Shown: positions 39,673 through 49,806, numbered from the stretch's first letter. The stretch: DNA of 64,000 nt from Pseudomonadota bacterium (GCA_027623205.1 JAQBYC010000004.1:5810-69809), one strand, 5' to 3'. Notes: a model not told the origin generated them from the sequence alone. Translations and numbers: made by a program.

Positions 39673-39918
39673 TTGTTGGGAAAAAAGCCGCGGGCGGCGC
39701 GGCACGAGGATGACATGCTGGAAATGATGCGACCCGAACCGAAAGCAGCCCTGACCTGGGTTGTCGTTTGGTTGGCAGCTCTGATCGCGCTGGCCATGGT
39801 GCCGGTTGACAACGCCAATTCAGGACTTGCCTCTATGCCTGATGAAATTCAATACAGCCATGGGACAAACCCTGGGCTCCAGCGCACCAGCGCGCCGACG
39901 CCAAGGGTGCCGGGCTAG
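39673..39918 (+). CDS. Possible small membrane protein. Weak call.
   Basis: 81-aa ORF with one hydrophobic helix (ALTWVVVWLAALIALAMVPV). No recognisable motif. It lies in an otherwise unassigned 870-bp gap. Confidence 0.25.
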   Translation: MLGKKPRAARHEDDMLEMMRPEPKAALTWVVVWLAALIALAMVPVDNANSGLASMPDEIQYSHGTNPGLQRTSAPTPRVPG

Positions 39919-40069
39919 CCCGTATCAAGGTTAGCCGGCGCCACCCACACCTGCAAAAAATTGCGCCCCCGGACATGGCGAGTTAACGTGGCATGAAACG
40001 ATTGCAGAACATCCCGCGCCAACAGGCGGGCCGGGGCGGTGCAATTAACCGTGTTGGGGGCGAAACAAC

Positions 40070-41209
40070 ATGACCGAGCAAATCGATCCGTTCAGAGTGG
40101 CCATTCCAGAAGCCGCCTTGGAGGATTTGCGCCGGCGCCTGAACGCCACCCGCTGGCCAGACGCCGAGACCCCGGATGACTGGTCCCAGGGCGTTCCATT
40201 GTCGTACATGCAGGAGATCTGCCGGTACTGGGCCAATGATTATAATTGGCGCCGCTGCGAGACCCTGCTGAACGGCATGGACCAGTTCCTGACCGAGATC
40301 GATGGCCTCAACATTCATTTTCTCCATATCCGCTCGCCGCACCCGAATGCCTTGCCGCTGCTGATCAGCCATGGCTGGCCCGGCTCGGTCCTGGAATTCC
40401 GCCACGTGATCGGGCCCCTGACAGACCCTACTGCCCATGGCGGCAAGGCCGAGGACGCCTTTCACGTCATTGCACCATCCTTGCCCGGCTATGGCTTTTC
40501 CGGCAAGCCGGAGGCACCGGGCTGGTCGGTGCCGCGCATCGCTACCGCCTGGGGGCAATTGATGGCCCGCCTTGGCTATGACCGCTATCTCGCCCAAGGC
40601 GGCGATTGGGGCTCCGCCATCACGCGGCAGATTGGCGTGCAGGACAGCGAACATTGCCTGGGCATCCATCTGAATATGGTGACCGAACGGCCTGACCCGG
40701 AGACCATGGATGACCTGACCGATTTCGAGCGCAAGGCGCTGGCTTCGGCAAAACATTATGTGGATTGGGACTCGGGCTATTCGAAACAGCAAAGCACCCG
40801 GCCACAGACCCTTGGCTATGGTCTGGCCGACTCCCCATCCGGCCAGGCGGCCTGGATAATGGAGAAATTCTGGGCCTGGACCGATTGCGGCGAGCACCCG
40901 GAAAATGCGCTCAGCCGAGACGATATGCTGGACAATATCATGCTCTATTGGCTGCCGAACACAGCAGCCTCGTCGGCCCGGCTGTATTGGGAAAGTTTCG
41001 GACGGCGGTCAATAGACGACGTCAAAATTCCAGTCGGTTGCAGCCTCTATCCCAAGGATATTTTTGCCGCCTCCCGGCGCTGGGCGGAAAAGCGCTTCCA
41101 CAACATCATCCATTGGAACGAAATGCCAAAAGGCGGCCACTTCGCGGCAATGGAGCAGCCGGACATGTTTGTCGAGGAGCTGCGGACCTGTTTCCAGACG
41201 TTGCGCTAG
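40070..41209 (+). CDS. Epoxide hydrolase (alpha/beta hydrolase with an N-terminal EHN domain).
   Basis: FRVAIPEAALEDLRRRLNATRWPD...IHFLHIRSPHPNALPLLISHGWPGS...GGDWGS (nucleophile) match the microsomal-type epoxide hydrolase pattern. Confidence 0.85.
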   Translation: MTEQIDPFRVAIPEAALEDLRRRLNATRWPDAETPDDWSQGVPLSYMQEICRYWANDYNWRRCETLLNGMDQFLTEIDGLNIHFLHIRSPHPNALPLLISHGWPGSVLEFRHVIGPLTDPTAHGGKAEDAFHVIAPSLPGYGFSGKPEAPGWSVPRIATAWGQLMARLGYDRYLAQGGDWGSAITRQIGVQDSEHCLGIHLNMVTERPDPETMDDLTDFERKALASAKHYVDWDSGYSKQQSTRPQTLGYGLADSPSGQAAWIMEKFWAWTDCGEHPENALSRDDMLDNIMLYWLPNTAASSARLYWESFGRRSIDDVKIPVGCSLYPKDIFAASRRWAEKRFHNIIHWNEMPKGGHFAAMEQPDMFVEELRTCFQTLR

Positions 41210-41243
41210 CACCAATTGATACAGCGCCAGCATCCTGCATGCG

Positions 41244-42479
41244 ATGACTGCTGAAACGCCAAAACCCACGGCCAAGGCGCCCGTGCCGATGCTGATCCCG
41301 ACGCTGCTGATCATGGCGTCCGCCGTATCCATTCTATCGACGGATCTCTACACCCCCTCATTGCCGCATTTACAAGCGGTGTTCCATACCAATGCAGGCC
41401 GGGTGCAATTGACGATCACCCTGAATCTGGTCGCCTACGCCCTGGCGCAACTGTTTTACGGTCCCCTGTCGGACCGCATTGGGCGGCGTCCGGTGTTGCT
41501 GGCGGGGATGGCGGGATTTGCTTTGGCTTCGGCGGGCTGTGCTGCCGCTAATTCCATCGACACCTTTATTCTGGCCAGAGTGCTGCAAGGGCTGACGGCC
41601 TGTGCCGAGGCGGTGGTGGCCTATGCGGTGATACGGGAGCTTTACGATCAGGCCGGCGCGGTTCGCATCCTCGCCGCCTATGGCATGGCCATTGCCCTGG
41701 CGCCGGCCATAGGGCCGATCGTTGGGGGATATATGCATGTCTGGTTCGGCTGGCGGTCGAATTTCGTGCTGTTGACCGGATTGATCATTCTGGTGACCCT
41801 GCTGATTTGGCGATACTTACCGGAAACCCTGCAGCAACCCGACCGCGGCGCCTTACGCGCCAGGCGCCTTTTGGGCGGCTATCTTGCTTTGCTGCTGGAT
41901 GGGCCTTTCATGACCTATACCCTGATCATGTCCCTGGTCCTGGGCGGTCTGTTCGCCACGCTTGCCGCCTTTCCTTTCCTGTTTATAGAACGCTTGGCCG
42001 TCCCCACGGAGCAATATGGCTACTATTATGCGGCCATTGTGTCGGCCTTTTTCCTGGGCTCCCTGGCCGCCAATCGGATGGCTGGACGCATGGGCAGCGA
42101 TCCGTTGCTGGCCGCCGGCCTGGTCTTGTGCGCCGTGGGTGGCGTGACCATTCTGGTATTGGTTGCCGCCGGATTGGAAACACCCGTAACCATAACGGCT
42201 ACACAATGCTTTTTCGGCCTCGGCCTGGGGCTGGTATTCGCCGCGGCGCCGGTTCGGGCCTTTGATGTCTGCCGCACCGGCCATGGTTATGCGGCCGCGA
42301 TGCTGGGAGCCTTGCCCATGGCGGCGGGTGGTTTGGGCACATTCTGCATCGCGCTGTCCCACGACGGCAGCGCCTGGCCCATCGCCATCCTGCTTACCGT
42401 AACGACCTTATCCGCCACGGCTTTATACCTTACCGTGCAGCCCTGGCGGGTGGTTCAACCAAATCCCAAATCAGTCTAG
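41244..42479 (+). CDS. MFS drug efflux transporter, Bcr/CflA subfamily.
   Basis: LSTDLYTPSLP...GPLSDRIGRRPVLL...ARVLQG, 12 TM, 411 aa. Confidence 0.8.
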   Translation: MTAETPKPTAKAPVPMLIPTLLIMASAVSILSTDLYTPSLPHLQAVFHTNAGRVQLTITLNLVAYALAQLFYGPLSDRIGRRPVLLAGMAGFALASAGCAAANSIDTFILARVLQGLTACAEAVVAYAVIRELYDQAGAVRILAAYGMAIALAPAIGPIVGGYMHVWFGWRSNFVLLTGLIILVTLLIWRYLPETLQQPDRGALRARRLLGGYLALLLDGPFMTYTLIMSLVLGGLFATLAAFPFLFIERLAVPTEQYGYYYAAIVSAFFLGSLAANRMAGRMGSDPLLAAGLVLCAVGGVTILVLVAAGLETPVTITATQCFFGLGLGLVFAAAPVRAFDVCRTGHGYAAAMLGALPMAAGGLGTFCIALSHDGSAWPIAILLTVTTLSATALYLTVQPWRVVQPNPKSV

Positions 42480-42494
42480 ACGTGTCGCGCCGGG

Positions 42495-43088
42495 CTATAC
42501 CGGATGGCGGGAACGCAGGGCGGTGGCCAAGGTGCCGTCGTCGAGATAGTCGAGTTCGCCGCCCACCGGGACGCCATGGGCCAGCCCAGAAATTTTTACG
42601 CCGCAGCCAACCAGCTTTTCAGCCAGATAGTGGGCCGTGGTCTGTCCATCTACCGTGGCGTTGGTGGCCAGGATCACCTCGCCTACCGCGGCTTCTCCGG
42701 CGCGGGCGATCAGGGCGCCGATACCCAGATCCTCCGGTCCAATGCCATCCAGGGCCGAGAGCGCCCCGCCCAAAACATGATAACGGCCCCGAAAAACCCC
42801 GGACCTTTCCAGGGCCCATAAATCGGCCACGCTTTCGACAACACAAATCAGGCTGGCATCACGGCGGCCGTCGCGGCAGATGGCACAGGGCTGCATACTG
42901 TCCAGGTTACCGCAGTTGTCACAGGGCGCCACCATATCCGCCGCCTGGCTCAGTGCCTGGGCCAGGGGCCGCAGCAGGCTTTCCTTGCGGTCGATCAGAT
43001 GCAGGGCGGCCCGGCGGGCGGAACGGGGGCCCAGGCCGGGCAATTTCGCCAACAGCTGGATAAGCTGATCAATCTGCGTTCCGGTCAT
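42495..43088 (-). CDS. recR: Recombination protein RecR.
   Basis: [16 protein letters not shown] helix-hairpin-helix, CDNCGNL...CAIC zinc finger and a Toprim domain. ATG at 43086-43088. Confidence 0.95.
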   Translation of the reverse strand: MTGTQIDQLIQLLAKLPGLGPRSARRAALHLIDRKESLLRPLAQALSQAADMVAPCDNCGNLDSMQPCAICRDGRRDASLICVVESVADLWALERSGVFRGRYHVLGGALSALDGIGPEDLGIGALIARAGEAAVGEVILATNATVDGQTTAHYLAEKLVGCGVKISGLAHGVPVGGELDYLDDGTLATALRSRHPV

Positions 43089-43108
43089 TGCGTCTGGCTG
43101 CCCGCCAT

Positions 43109-43429
43109 TCAAAAAGGCAATTTCAGGCCGGCAGGCAGGTTCAGGCCACCGGTCAGTTTGCTCATCTCTTCCTGGGTATAGTCCTCGACCCGGCGCTTGG
43201 CATCGTTGTGGGCGGCGATGATCAGGTCTTCCATTACCTCGATCTCGCCGTCTTTCAAACTGGCGTCCATTTTCAGGCCACGCATTTCCCCCTTGCCATT
43301 CAAGGTGACGCTGACCAGGCCGGCGCCTGCCTGGCCGGTCATTTCAACCTCTTCCATGCGGGCCTGCATTTCCTGCATTTTGCCCTGCATTTCCTGTGCC
43401 TGTTTCATCATCTGGCTCAGATTTTTCAT
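43109..43429 (-). CDS. ybaB: Nucleoid-associated protein, YbaB/EbfC family.
   Basis: 106 aa. [15 protein letters not shown]...[14 protein letters not shown]...LPF. Conserved position between dnaX and recR. Confidence 0.9.
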   Translation of the reverse strand: MKNLSQMMKQAQEMQGKMQEMQARMEEVEMTGQAGAGLVSVTLNGKGEMRGLKMDASLKDGEIEVMEDLIIAAHNDAKRRVEDYTQEEMSKLTGGLNLPAGLKLPF

Positions 43430-45357
43430 CTCTGCTCTACTCCATTCGAGGTATCGTTTTGCGCCGGTGCGGCAGCGTCGCCGTCTTCAACGCGATCATG
43501 AAGGGGGCGAATGTCGGTAACCTTAGCGCCGGGGAACGTATCCAGCACGGCCTTGACCAGCGGGTCGCCCTCGGTATCGGTCAATATATCAGCCTCGACC
43601 TGCCGCTGTTGCACGGCCAGGGGGGGCTGTCCAACAGCCTGGCTGTTGATCACGACGGCCCAGGTCTCACCGGTCCAGACTTCCAGCTTGCCGCGCAGTT
43701 TATTCGCCAGATCGGCTGGGGCATTGGCCCCGGGATGAATTTCGAGATGCCCTGGCCGGAACGCCACCAACCGGACATCCTCCATCAAGTGATGGTACAG
43801 GCGCCCATCGCGGGCTGCCTTGGCATGCTCGGCAATCGCCTCGAAACTAACGATGGTGACGGCCTGGAGGGCGGTCTCCGCCAGATCGGCTGACGCTGGG
43901 TCGGATGCAGCCCGCCCCGGCGCTTCTCCCGAAAATTCATAATCCTGTTGTTCCGGCATCGGCACCGGCATTTCGTCCGGCACCGCTAACGCCCGGGCGG
44001 CCACGCCGCGCCCAGTCTGGCGCCCCGGCAACGATGCTGACGCAGGCGCGCCAACCGGCGTGGGGGCCTGCCCGGGGGTAGCCTTGGCGTCCGTGGCGCC
44101 GGCCGCACCGGTAACTGCACGCACGGCATCGATGGGGGTTGGCAGGTCCGTGCTGTAGGCGAGGCGGATCAGGATCATTTCAGCGGCGGCCAGGGCCGAC
44201 GGCGCACCGCGAATCTCGCTCAATCCCTTCAAAAGCATCTGCCAGGTGCGCGCCAGAACAGGCATGGACAGGCCACTTGCCAGGGTCCTGGCCCGTTGCC
44301 GCTCCAACTCCGAAAGGCTGGGATCGGCGCCGGCCTCCGGCGCCACCTGCAAACGGGTCAGCAAATGGGTCAATGCCAACAGATCACGCAAAACCACTTC
44401 CGGATCGGCGCCCAGATCGTATTGTTCGCGCAATTGCCCCAAGGCCCCTGCCACGTCGCCGCGCATCAATTCCTCGAACAGATCATAAATCCGTACGCGG
44501 TCCGCCAGCCCCAGCATCTCGCGCACCTGCTGGGCCGTCACCCTGCCGCCACAATGGGCGATGGCCTGATCCAACAGGGATAGCCCGTCCCGCACGGAAC
44601 CTTCCGCCGCGCCAGCAATCAGGTTCAACGCCTCTGCTTCCGCAGTTGCTCCCTCCGCCTCGACAATGCCGCCGAAATGGGCCACCAGCAATTCCGCCCC
44701 CACCCGGCGCAGATCAAAGCGTTGACAGCGCGACAGCACGGTCACCGGCAGTTTGCGAATTTCCGTCGTGGCAAAGATGAACTTCACGTGCGACGGCGGC
44801 TCCTCCAGCGTCTTCAACAAGGCATTGAAGGCGGCCAGGGACAGCATGTGTACTTCATCGATGATATAGATCTTGAAGCGGGCCGAGGCGGGCAAATATC
44901 GCACACCCTCCAGCAGATCGCGCATATTATCAACGCCGGTACGCGACGCCGCATCCATTTCCAGCACATCCACATGCCGGGATTCGGCGATTGCCCTGCA
45001 ATGTTCGCAAACCCCACAAGGGTCGATGGTCGGGCCGCCCTGGCCATCGGCGCCGATGCAATTCAGCGACCGGGCAATGATCCGCGCCGTCGTCGTCTTG
45101 CCCACACCGCGAACGCCGGTCAGGATGAAGGCGTGCGCAATACGGTCTTCGCGAATGGCATTGGTGATGGTGCGGACCAAGGCATCCTGACCCACCAATT
45201 GGCTGAAATCCTGAGGCCGGTATTTGCGCGCCAGGACCCGATAGGCCGCATCGTCCGGCGGCCTGCCGCCAGTGCCTCTAGCGCCCGCGGGCGCCGCGCT
45301 ATCCACATCAATTTCGTTCATGGCCTCACTTGGAGCGGGTTTGGAACCTACGCTCAC
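43426..45357 (-). CDS. dnaX: DNA polymerase III subunits gamma/tau.
   Basis: [13 protein letters not shown]...[13 protein letters not shown] (Walker A), CGVCEHC zinc module, DEVHML and [11 protein letters not shown] at 45355-45357; the ATG at 45319-45321 is an alternative. Confidence 0.95.
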   Translation of the reverse strand: MSVGSKPAPSEAMNEIDVDSAAPAGARGTGGRPPDDAAYRVLARKYRPQDFSQLVGQDALVRTITNAIREDRIAHAFILTGVRGVGKTTTARIIARSLNCIGADGQGGPTIDPCGVCEHCRAIAESRHVDVLEMDAASRTGVDNMRDLLEGVRYLPASARFKIYIIDEVHMLSLAAFNALLKTLEEPPSHVKFIFATTEIRKLPVTVLSRCQRFDLRRVGAELLVAHFGGIVEAEGATAEAEALNLIAGAAEGSVRDGLSLLDQAIAHCGGRVTAQQVREMLGLADRVRIYDLFEELMRGDVAGALGQLREQYDLGADPEVVLRDLLALTHLLTRLQVAPEAGADPSLSELERQRARTLASGLSMPVLARTWQMLLKGLSEIRGAPSALAAAEMILIRLAYSTDLPTPIDAVRAVTGAAGATDAKATPGQAPTPVGAPASASLPGRQTGRGVAARALAVPDEMPVPMPEQQDYEFSGEAPGRAASDPASADLAETALQAVTIVSFEAIAEHAKAARDGRLYHHLMEDVRLVAFRPGHLEIHPGANAPADLANKLRGKLEVWTGETWAVVINSQAVGQPPLAVQQRQVEADILTDTEGDPLVKAVLDTFPGAKVTDIRPLHDRVEDGDAAAPAQNDTSNGVEQR

Positions 45358-45410
45358 AGGTTAGCATGGCAGGGCAGCATTATAAATGGACTGCATCAAT
45401 TGTTATGAAG

Positions 45411-45510
45411 TGGAAGAACGGCCAACAACCCGGACCAAACTTGTTACGGCTGCTTCCTTTCGGACCTGACCGGATTGGCAAGAGGCCCGTCCGTAGCCGC
45501 CCTTCCGCCG
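45411..45510 (-). ncRNA. ffs: Signal recognition particle RNA (4.5S RNA).
   Basis: The minus strand contains the conserved domain IV core CCGGUCAGGUCCGAAAGGAAGCAGCC. It is flanked by pairing arms GGAAGGGCGGC...GCCGUUCUUCC. It sits in the canonical position immediately upstream of dnaX. The ends are approximate. Confidence 0.85.
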
Positions 45511-45632
45511 GCAATATCCGCTTTTGTCCGGTAATGTGCAAGCCGCTAATGCTCCCATTCGAAGGTCATGCAATTTGCCGCCCGTCACCTTGGGGCCACA
45601 GAGCGGGTGAGCGAGCCAATTGCCAAATTGGG

Positions 45633-46703
45633 CTATTCGCGTCCGCCTTCCACGGGACAATGCTGGGCGCGCCAGCGCAACATGCCGCCGGCCAGATTTG
45701 CGATCTCGGTGAAGCCGGCACGGCGCAGGATAACCGTCGCCTGGGCCGAACGCCCACCGGCCCGGCAGACGGCGATGATCGGTTGTTCCTTGTCCAGTTC
45801 CTCGGCGCGCCTGGCGAGATCGCCTAACGGTATCAGTTTGGCGCCCTGAATACGGCCCAACGGCCCGTCAAATTCGTCCTCTTCGCGCACATCCACGATC
45901 TGCGCCACGCCCAAGTTTTCCTCCAGCCACTGCGGCTGCACCTCCCAGATGCCGGCGAATGTGCAGGTCAGGCTGGCCCACGTCGGCTTATCATCTGGGA
46001 TATCGTCATCGTCGGGTCGGCCGCATTTCAAGTTCGCCGGCACCGCTATATCCATCTTCTTCGGATGGTCCAGACCCAGATTGTCCATGTAGCCGGCAAA
46101 ATCACTCTGACTCAATTGTCCGCCAAGACGCGGGTTGAAGGCTTTCTCCTCCGCCACGCTGGTTGCCGTCAGGCCGCGGTAGTCGTGACCCGGGTAAAGC
46201 AGGCAGTCGTCCGGCAAGGTGAATATCTGGGTATGAATTGAACGGTACATCTGCCCGGCATCGCCGCCCTGAAAATCGGTACGTCCGCATCCCCGGATCA
46301 GCAGGCAGTCACCAGTAAACGCCATCTTTTCCGTATCAAGCACAAATGTGAGACAGCCGGCGGTGTGACCGGGCGTGGCCCTGACGGTCAGGTAACGGTC
46401 ACCGAAATTGATCCTGTCGCCATGGACGAGGGGTTGATCAACCCCAACGGCACCACCATCCGCCGACTGCGCGATCTTGCTGCCGGCACTATTCCGCAGC
46501 AACCAGGCGCCGGTAACGTGATCGGCATGGACATGGGTTTCAAGCGTGTAGAGCAAGTTCAGGCCAAGTTCATTCAACAACGCGCCGTCGCGCCGGGCCT
46601 GCTCATAGACCGGATCGATCAGCACCGCTTCACCTGTCCCTGAATCGGCCAGCAAATAAGTATAAGTCGCCGATTGCGGATCAAATAGCTGACGAAATAG
46701 CAT
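45633..46703 (-). CDS. Persulfide dioxygenase (ETHE1-like MBL fold) fused to a C-terminal rhodanese domain.
   Basis: HVHADHVTG metallo-beta-lactamase motif at the N-terminus. The C-terminal rhodanese active-site loop is CRAGGRS. Confidence 0.8.
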   Translation of the reverse strand: MLFRQLFDPQSATYTYLLADSGTGEAVLIDPVYEQARRDGALLNELGLNLLYTLETHVHADHVTGAWLLRNSAGSKIAQSADGGAVGVDQPLVHGDRINFGDRYLTVRATPGHTAGCLTFVLDTEKMAFTGDCLLIRGCGRTDFQGGDAGQMYRSIHTQIFTLPDDCLLYPGHDYRGLTATSVAEEKAFNPRLGGQLSQSDFAGYMDNLGLDHPKKMDIAVPANLKCGRPDDDDIPDDKPTWASLTCTFAGIWEVQPQWLEENLGVAQIVDVREEDEFDGPLGRIQGAKLIPLGDLARRAEELDKEQPIIAVCRAGGRSAQATVILRRAGFTEIANLAGGMLRWRAQHCPVEGGRE

Positions 46704-47008
46704 GCGCTCGAACCCCCCTTACAGCTACATATTTTGATTGCAATCGTGGACCCAAGCCGGCCAACAAGCAACACGCATTTTTCTCAAAGCACCTGGCCTG
46801 GCGCCAAACTTTGCCCGCCAGAGTGGCGATGGCAGGGCGGCGATTTTTTCCTGAAACTGAAGGTAGGTGGTGGCAACCGCCACAATGCCGGTTTTTGCGT
46901 TGGGCTGAAACTCACATCCCGATGATGCAGCTGGGTTTGCCGAAGGGGCTGGCTTGTGGCACGCTCCGCGCCAACAGATAGCGTAGTTCAGAGAAAAGCG
47001 GACAGATT

Positions 47009-47935
47009 ATGGAGTTCATCAATACCTTTGCCGGCAGCCCCTTGAACCGAATGGGTAATGAGCGGCGAAACGCGGACTGGCTGCAACAACAAATGGACGA
47101 CCCGGAGAGCTGCTTTTTGCCCCTGTGGCAGTTGCGCGGCCTGATGCTGCCGGGGGATGAATTGCGTCTTGGCTGGTGCCGGCGGGCCGATGTGCAGCCA
47201 TTCATCGCTCAAGGCGCGACGGTTCTATTGCTGGGCCAGATCAATGGCCGTTCGCACTTCGCGGTGGATGTCTCCGCGGCCGGCCCGAAAAAGGCCGACG
47301 CGCCGCTGCAGGACTTCGGCAAATGGATCGATGTACGCAGCGCGGCAGCATCGTGCGGCCACGGCGACGCCGCCATCCTGGCGCAATCCCGTTCCATGCT
47401 GGACTGGCATGTCCGGCACGGCTTTTGCTCGGTCTGCGGCCAGCCCTCGAGCATGGGCGAGGCGGGCTATTCCCGCAAATGCAACGACGAGGCGTGCGGC
47501 GCCATGCATTTCCCGCGCACCGACCCGGTCACCATCATGCTGGTGCTGGATGGCGAGCGCTGCCTGTTGGGGCGGCAAAAGATCTTTGCCCCGAACAGCT
47601 ATTCCGCCCTGGCCGGCTTCATGGAACCAGGCGAAACCATGGAAGAAACCGTGCGCCGCGAAGTCTTTGAAGAGGCCGGCATTCGGGTCGGCGATGTGCG
47701 CTATATCTTTTCGCAACCCTGGCCCTTCCCCTCTTCATTGATGATGGGCTGCTTTGGCACGGCGGAAACCACCGAGATCAAAATCGATCCAGCCGAACTG
47801 GAAGAAGCCCGCTGGTTCAGCCGGGACGAGGTGGCGGACATGGTGCACAGCTGGCAGGACCAGACCAAGTTGCGCATGCCCGCCCCCCTGGCCATTGCCC
47901 ATCAACTGGCCCAGGCCTGGCTGCGCGGCGATTAG
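47009..47935 (+). CDS. nudC: NAD+ diphosphatase (NADH pyrophosphatase).
   Basis: Zinc ribbon CSVCG...CNDEACG, FPRTDP, NUDIX box GFMEPGETMEETVRREVFEEAGI and the downstream SQPWPFP motif typical of NudC. Confidence 0.85.
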   Translation: MEFINTFAGSPLNRMGNERRNADWLQQQMDDPESCFLPLWQLRGLMLPGDELRLGWCRRADVQPFIAQGATVLLLGQINGRSHFAVDVSAAGPKKADAPLQDFGKWIDVRSAAASCGHGDAAILAQSRSMLDWHVRHGFCSVCGQPSSMGEAGYSRKCNDEACGAMHFPRTDPVTIMLVLDGERCLLGRQKIFAPNSYSALAGFMEPGETMEETVRREVFEEAGIRVGDVRYIFSQPWPFPSSLMMGCFGTAETTEIKIDPAELEEARWFSRDEVADMVHSWQDQTKLRMPAPLAIAHQLAQAWLRGD

Positions 47936-48191
47936 AGGACTTTCGGACTAGACCTCATCAATACGTCTACCGCTGGATGCAGAAGTCATTGCTTGGAATA
48001 GTCAATGGTTCTAAGGTTCGCGCCACTGCGTCGCATAGCGAAAGCGTGTTTGAACGCTACCTAAAATATTGACCCCACGATGGGTGACAGCACTTGTATT
48101 TTGATGTTTTAATTTGGCGTGTGCTGCCTGTATTGGCAGCAATGTTGGGTCGATAGGACATACGGCATTGGATCTCAGGGAAGTGAGGTAG

Positions 48192-48515
48192 ATGACTGTG
48201 AAAAAATCGGATCGCAAAAGCCACCGCCAACTCATCAGGCATTTGATCACCGCTAAGTTGGCGGTTGGGGCTGCCTGTTTGGTTCTAAGCGCCACGGTCG
48301 CCCAAAAGGCGAGCGCGATAGCCGCGCCCGAAGAAGCCAAAATCTCGATCGCGGACCGGATTGAGGCCATTCGGTCAAGCCTCCGCACCCAAGGCGCCAA
48401 GGAGGGCGGGCCGTTGCACGCCCTGAAACAAGTGGCCCAATGGTACAATTGGCCGAACTGGCGAAATGGCTGGAACGACTGGCGGAACCAACGCTGGTTT
48501 AATTATCGGCGGTAA
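48192..48515 (+). CDS. Small secreted peptide with a C-terminal Trp-X-Asn repeat, a candidate RiPP precursor.
   Basis: 107 aa. Basic N-terminus, a hydrophobic core and AQKASA-IAAP (Sec signal-like), then an amphipathic middle. The tail is QWYNWPNWRNGWNDWRNQRWFNYRR (nt 48441-48512). It ends 28 nt upstream of a radical SAM/SPASM gene. Confidence 0.65.
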   Translation: MTVKKSDRKSHRQLIRHLITAKLAVGAACLVLSATVAQKASAIAAPEEAKISIADRIEAIRSSLRTQGAKEGGPLHALKQVAQWYNWPNWRNGWNDWRNQRWFNYRR

Positions 48516-48543
48516 CGCCACACGCATGACCGCCGACGGATGA

Positions 48544-49806
48544 ATGTGGCTCTATAAGTCCGTAGGCCCTGATCATGCGGCGCAAATGGACGTATCGGAG
48601 CCGCTGATGGAAAGGAATTCCTTGTCAAGTCATCAAGCGGATATATCTCCGGTGATTGATTTGCTGGTCATCCAGCCGACGCCCTTCTGCAATCTCGACT
48701 GCGACTATTGTTATTTGCCGAACCGGGGCGACAGGCGAAAAATCGATCCTGATACTCTGAGGCGGATCTTCAAGGCGGTGTTCGAAAGCGAATTCCTGGG
48801 GCGCCAATTGGGCATAGTTTGGCACGCCGGCGAACCAACCACGATGCCGATCGAGTTTTACCGCACTGCGTTCGCCCTTGCGGAACAATCAAAGCCGGAA
48901 GATCTGGCGCTTACCCACTCAATTCAAACCAATGCGGTGTTGATCGACCAGGCCTGGTGCGATTTCGTCCTGGAAACCGGCCTTCAGGTCGGCGTGAGTG
49001 TCGATGGCCCCGCGTTCCTGCACGATCGTCATCGAAAAACCCGGTCCGGCGCCGGTACCCATGCGCGGACGCTCCGCGGTATCAGACGATTGCAGGACAA
49101 CGGTATCGATTTTCATGCGATCTGCGTGCTGACGCGCGACTCCCTCGACTATCCCGACGAGATCTTCGACTTCTTCGCCGATAACAATATCGGACAGATC
49201 GGCTTCAACATCGATGAGATCGAGGGCGCAAATCATGACTCAACGTTGACCGGTGTCGGTACCGATACGCTGTTCAGACGTTTTCTGCGCCGTTTTCTCG
49301 ATCTGCTGAAACAGCATCCAGGAATTCTGAGCGTCCGCGAATTCGATGATACCATGTCAGCCATCGCCGCCGACGAAAATGCCGCTATCTATAATCATCA
49401 GGTCATGCCCTTCGGCATCGTCAGCGTCGATGCCGACGGCAATATCAGCACCTTTTCGCCGGAACTCCTGGGGCAGTCTTCCCGTACTTACGGAGACTTT
49501 GCTTTTGGCAACGTTCACCAAGGGGGGCTTGATGACGTGGAAAATAACGCCGCGTTTCAAAAGACGCGGCGGGAGATCAAGGCGGGACTCTCACGCTGCC
49601 GCGAAACATGTGATTATTACGGTGTCTGCGGCGGCGGCGCACCGTCCAACAAGTTCTTCGAACATGGCCGCTTCGACGAAACAGAGACGATGTATTGCCG
49701 CCTCACAAAAATGGCGGTAACGGATATTGTCATATCGGACATTGAAGCAGACCTCGCGCAGCATGCTGCCGAATTCGTCACGGCGGCCGGGGGTCAGCGC
49801 GCATGA
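48544..49806 (+). CDS. Radical SAM/SPASM-domain peptide maturase resembling AnSME and cyclophane-forming maturases.
   Basis: QPTPFCNLDCDYCYLPNR (CxxxCxxC at nt 48688-48711), WHAGEPT, and the C-terminal auxiliary-cluster region CRETCDYYGVCGGGAPSNKF...YCR. The ATG at 48607 (GGAG 6 nt upstream) may be the true start. Confidence 0.85.
   Translation: MWLYKSVGPDHAAQMDVSEPLMERNSLSSHQADISPVIDLLVIQPTPFCNLDCDYCYLPNRGDRRKIDPDTLRRIFKAVFESEFLGRQLGIVWHAGEPTTMPIEFYRTAFALAEQSKPEDLALTHSIQTNAVLIDQAWCDFVLETGLQVGVSVDGPAFLHDRHRKTRSGAGTHARTLRGIRRLQDNGIDFHAICVLTRDSLDYPDEIFDFFADNNIGQIGFNIDEIEGANHDSTLTGVGTDTLFRRFLRRFLDLLKQHPGILSVREFDDTMSAIAADENAAIYNHQVMPFGIVSVDADGNISTFSPELLGQSSRTYGDFAFGNVHQGGLDDVENNAAFQKTRREIKAGLSRCRETCDYYGVCGGGAPSNKFFEHGRFDETETMYCRLTKMAVTDIVISDIEADLAQHAAEFVTAAGGQRA

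Noticed and set aside
43426-45357. Programmed -1 frameshift site in dnaX (the A AAA AAG type used in E. coli to make gamma).
   Set aside because: I scanned the gene by eye for the heptamer (CTTTTTT on the plus strand) and did not find it. Alphaproteobacteria are also not known to use this mechanism.
48122-48141. 7-bp perfect hairpin (TGCTGCC-TGTATT-GGCAGCA) about 50 nt upstream of the WxN peptide gene.
   Set aside because: It is too short and isolated to call a terminator, attenuator or operator without comparative or transcript data. Noted only as context for the RiPP-like operon.
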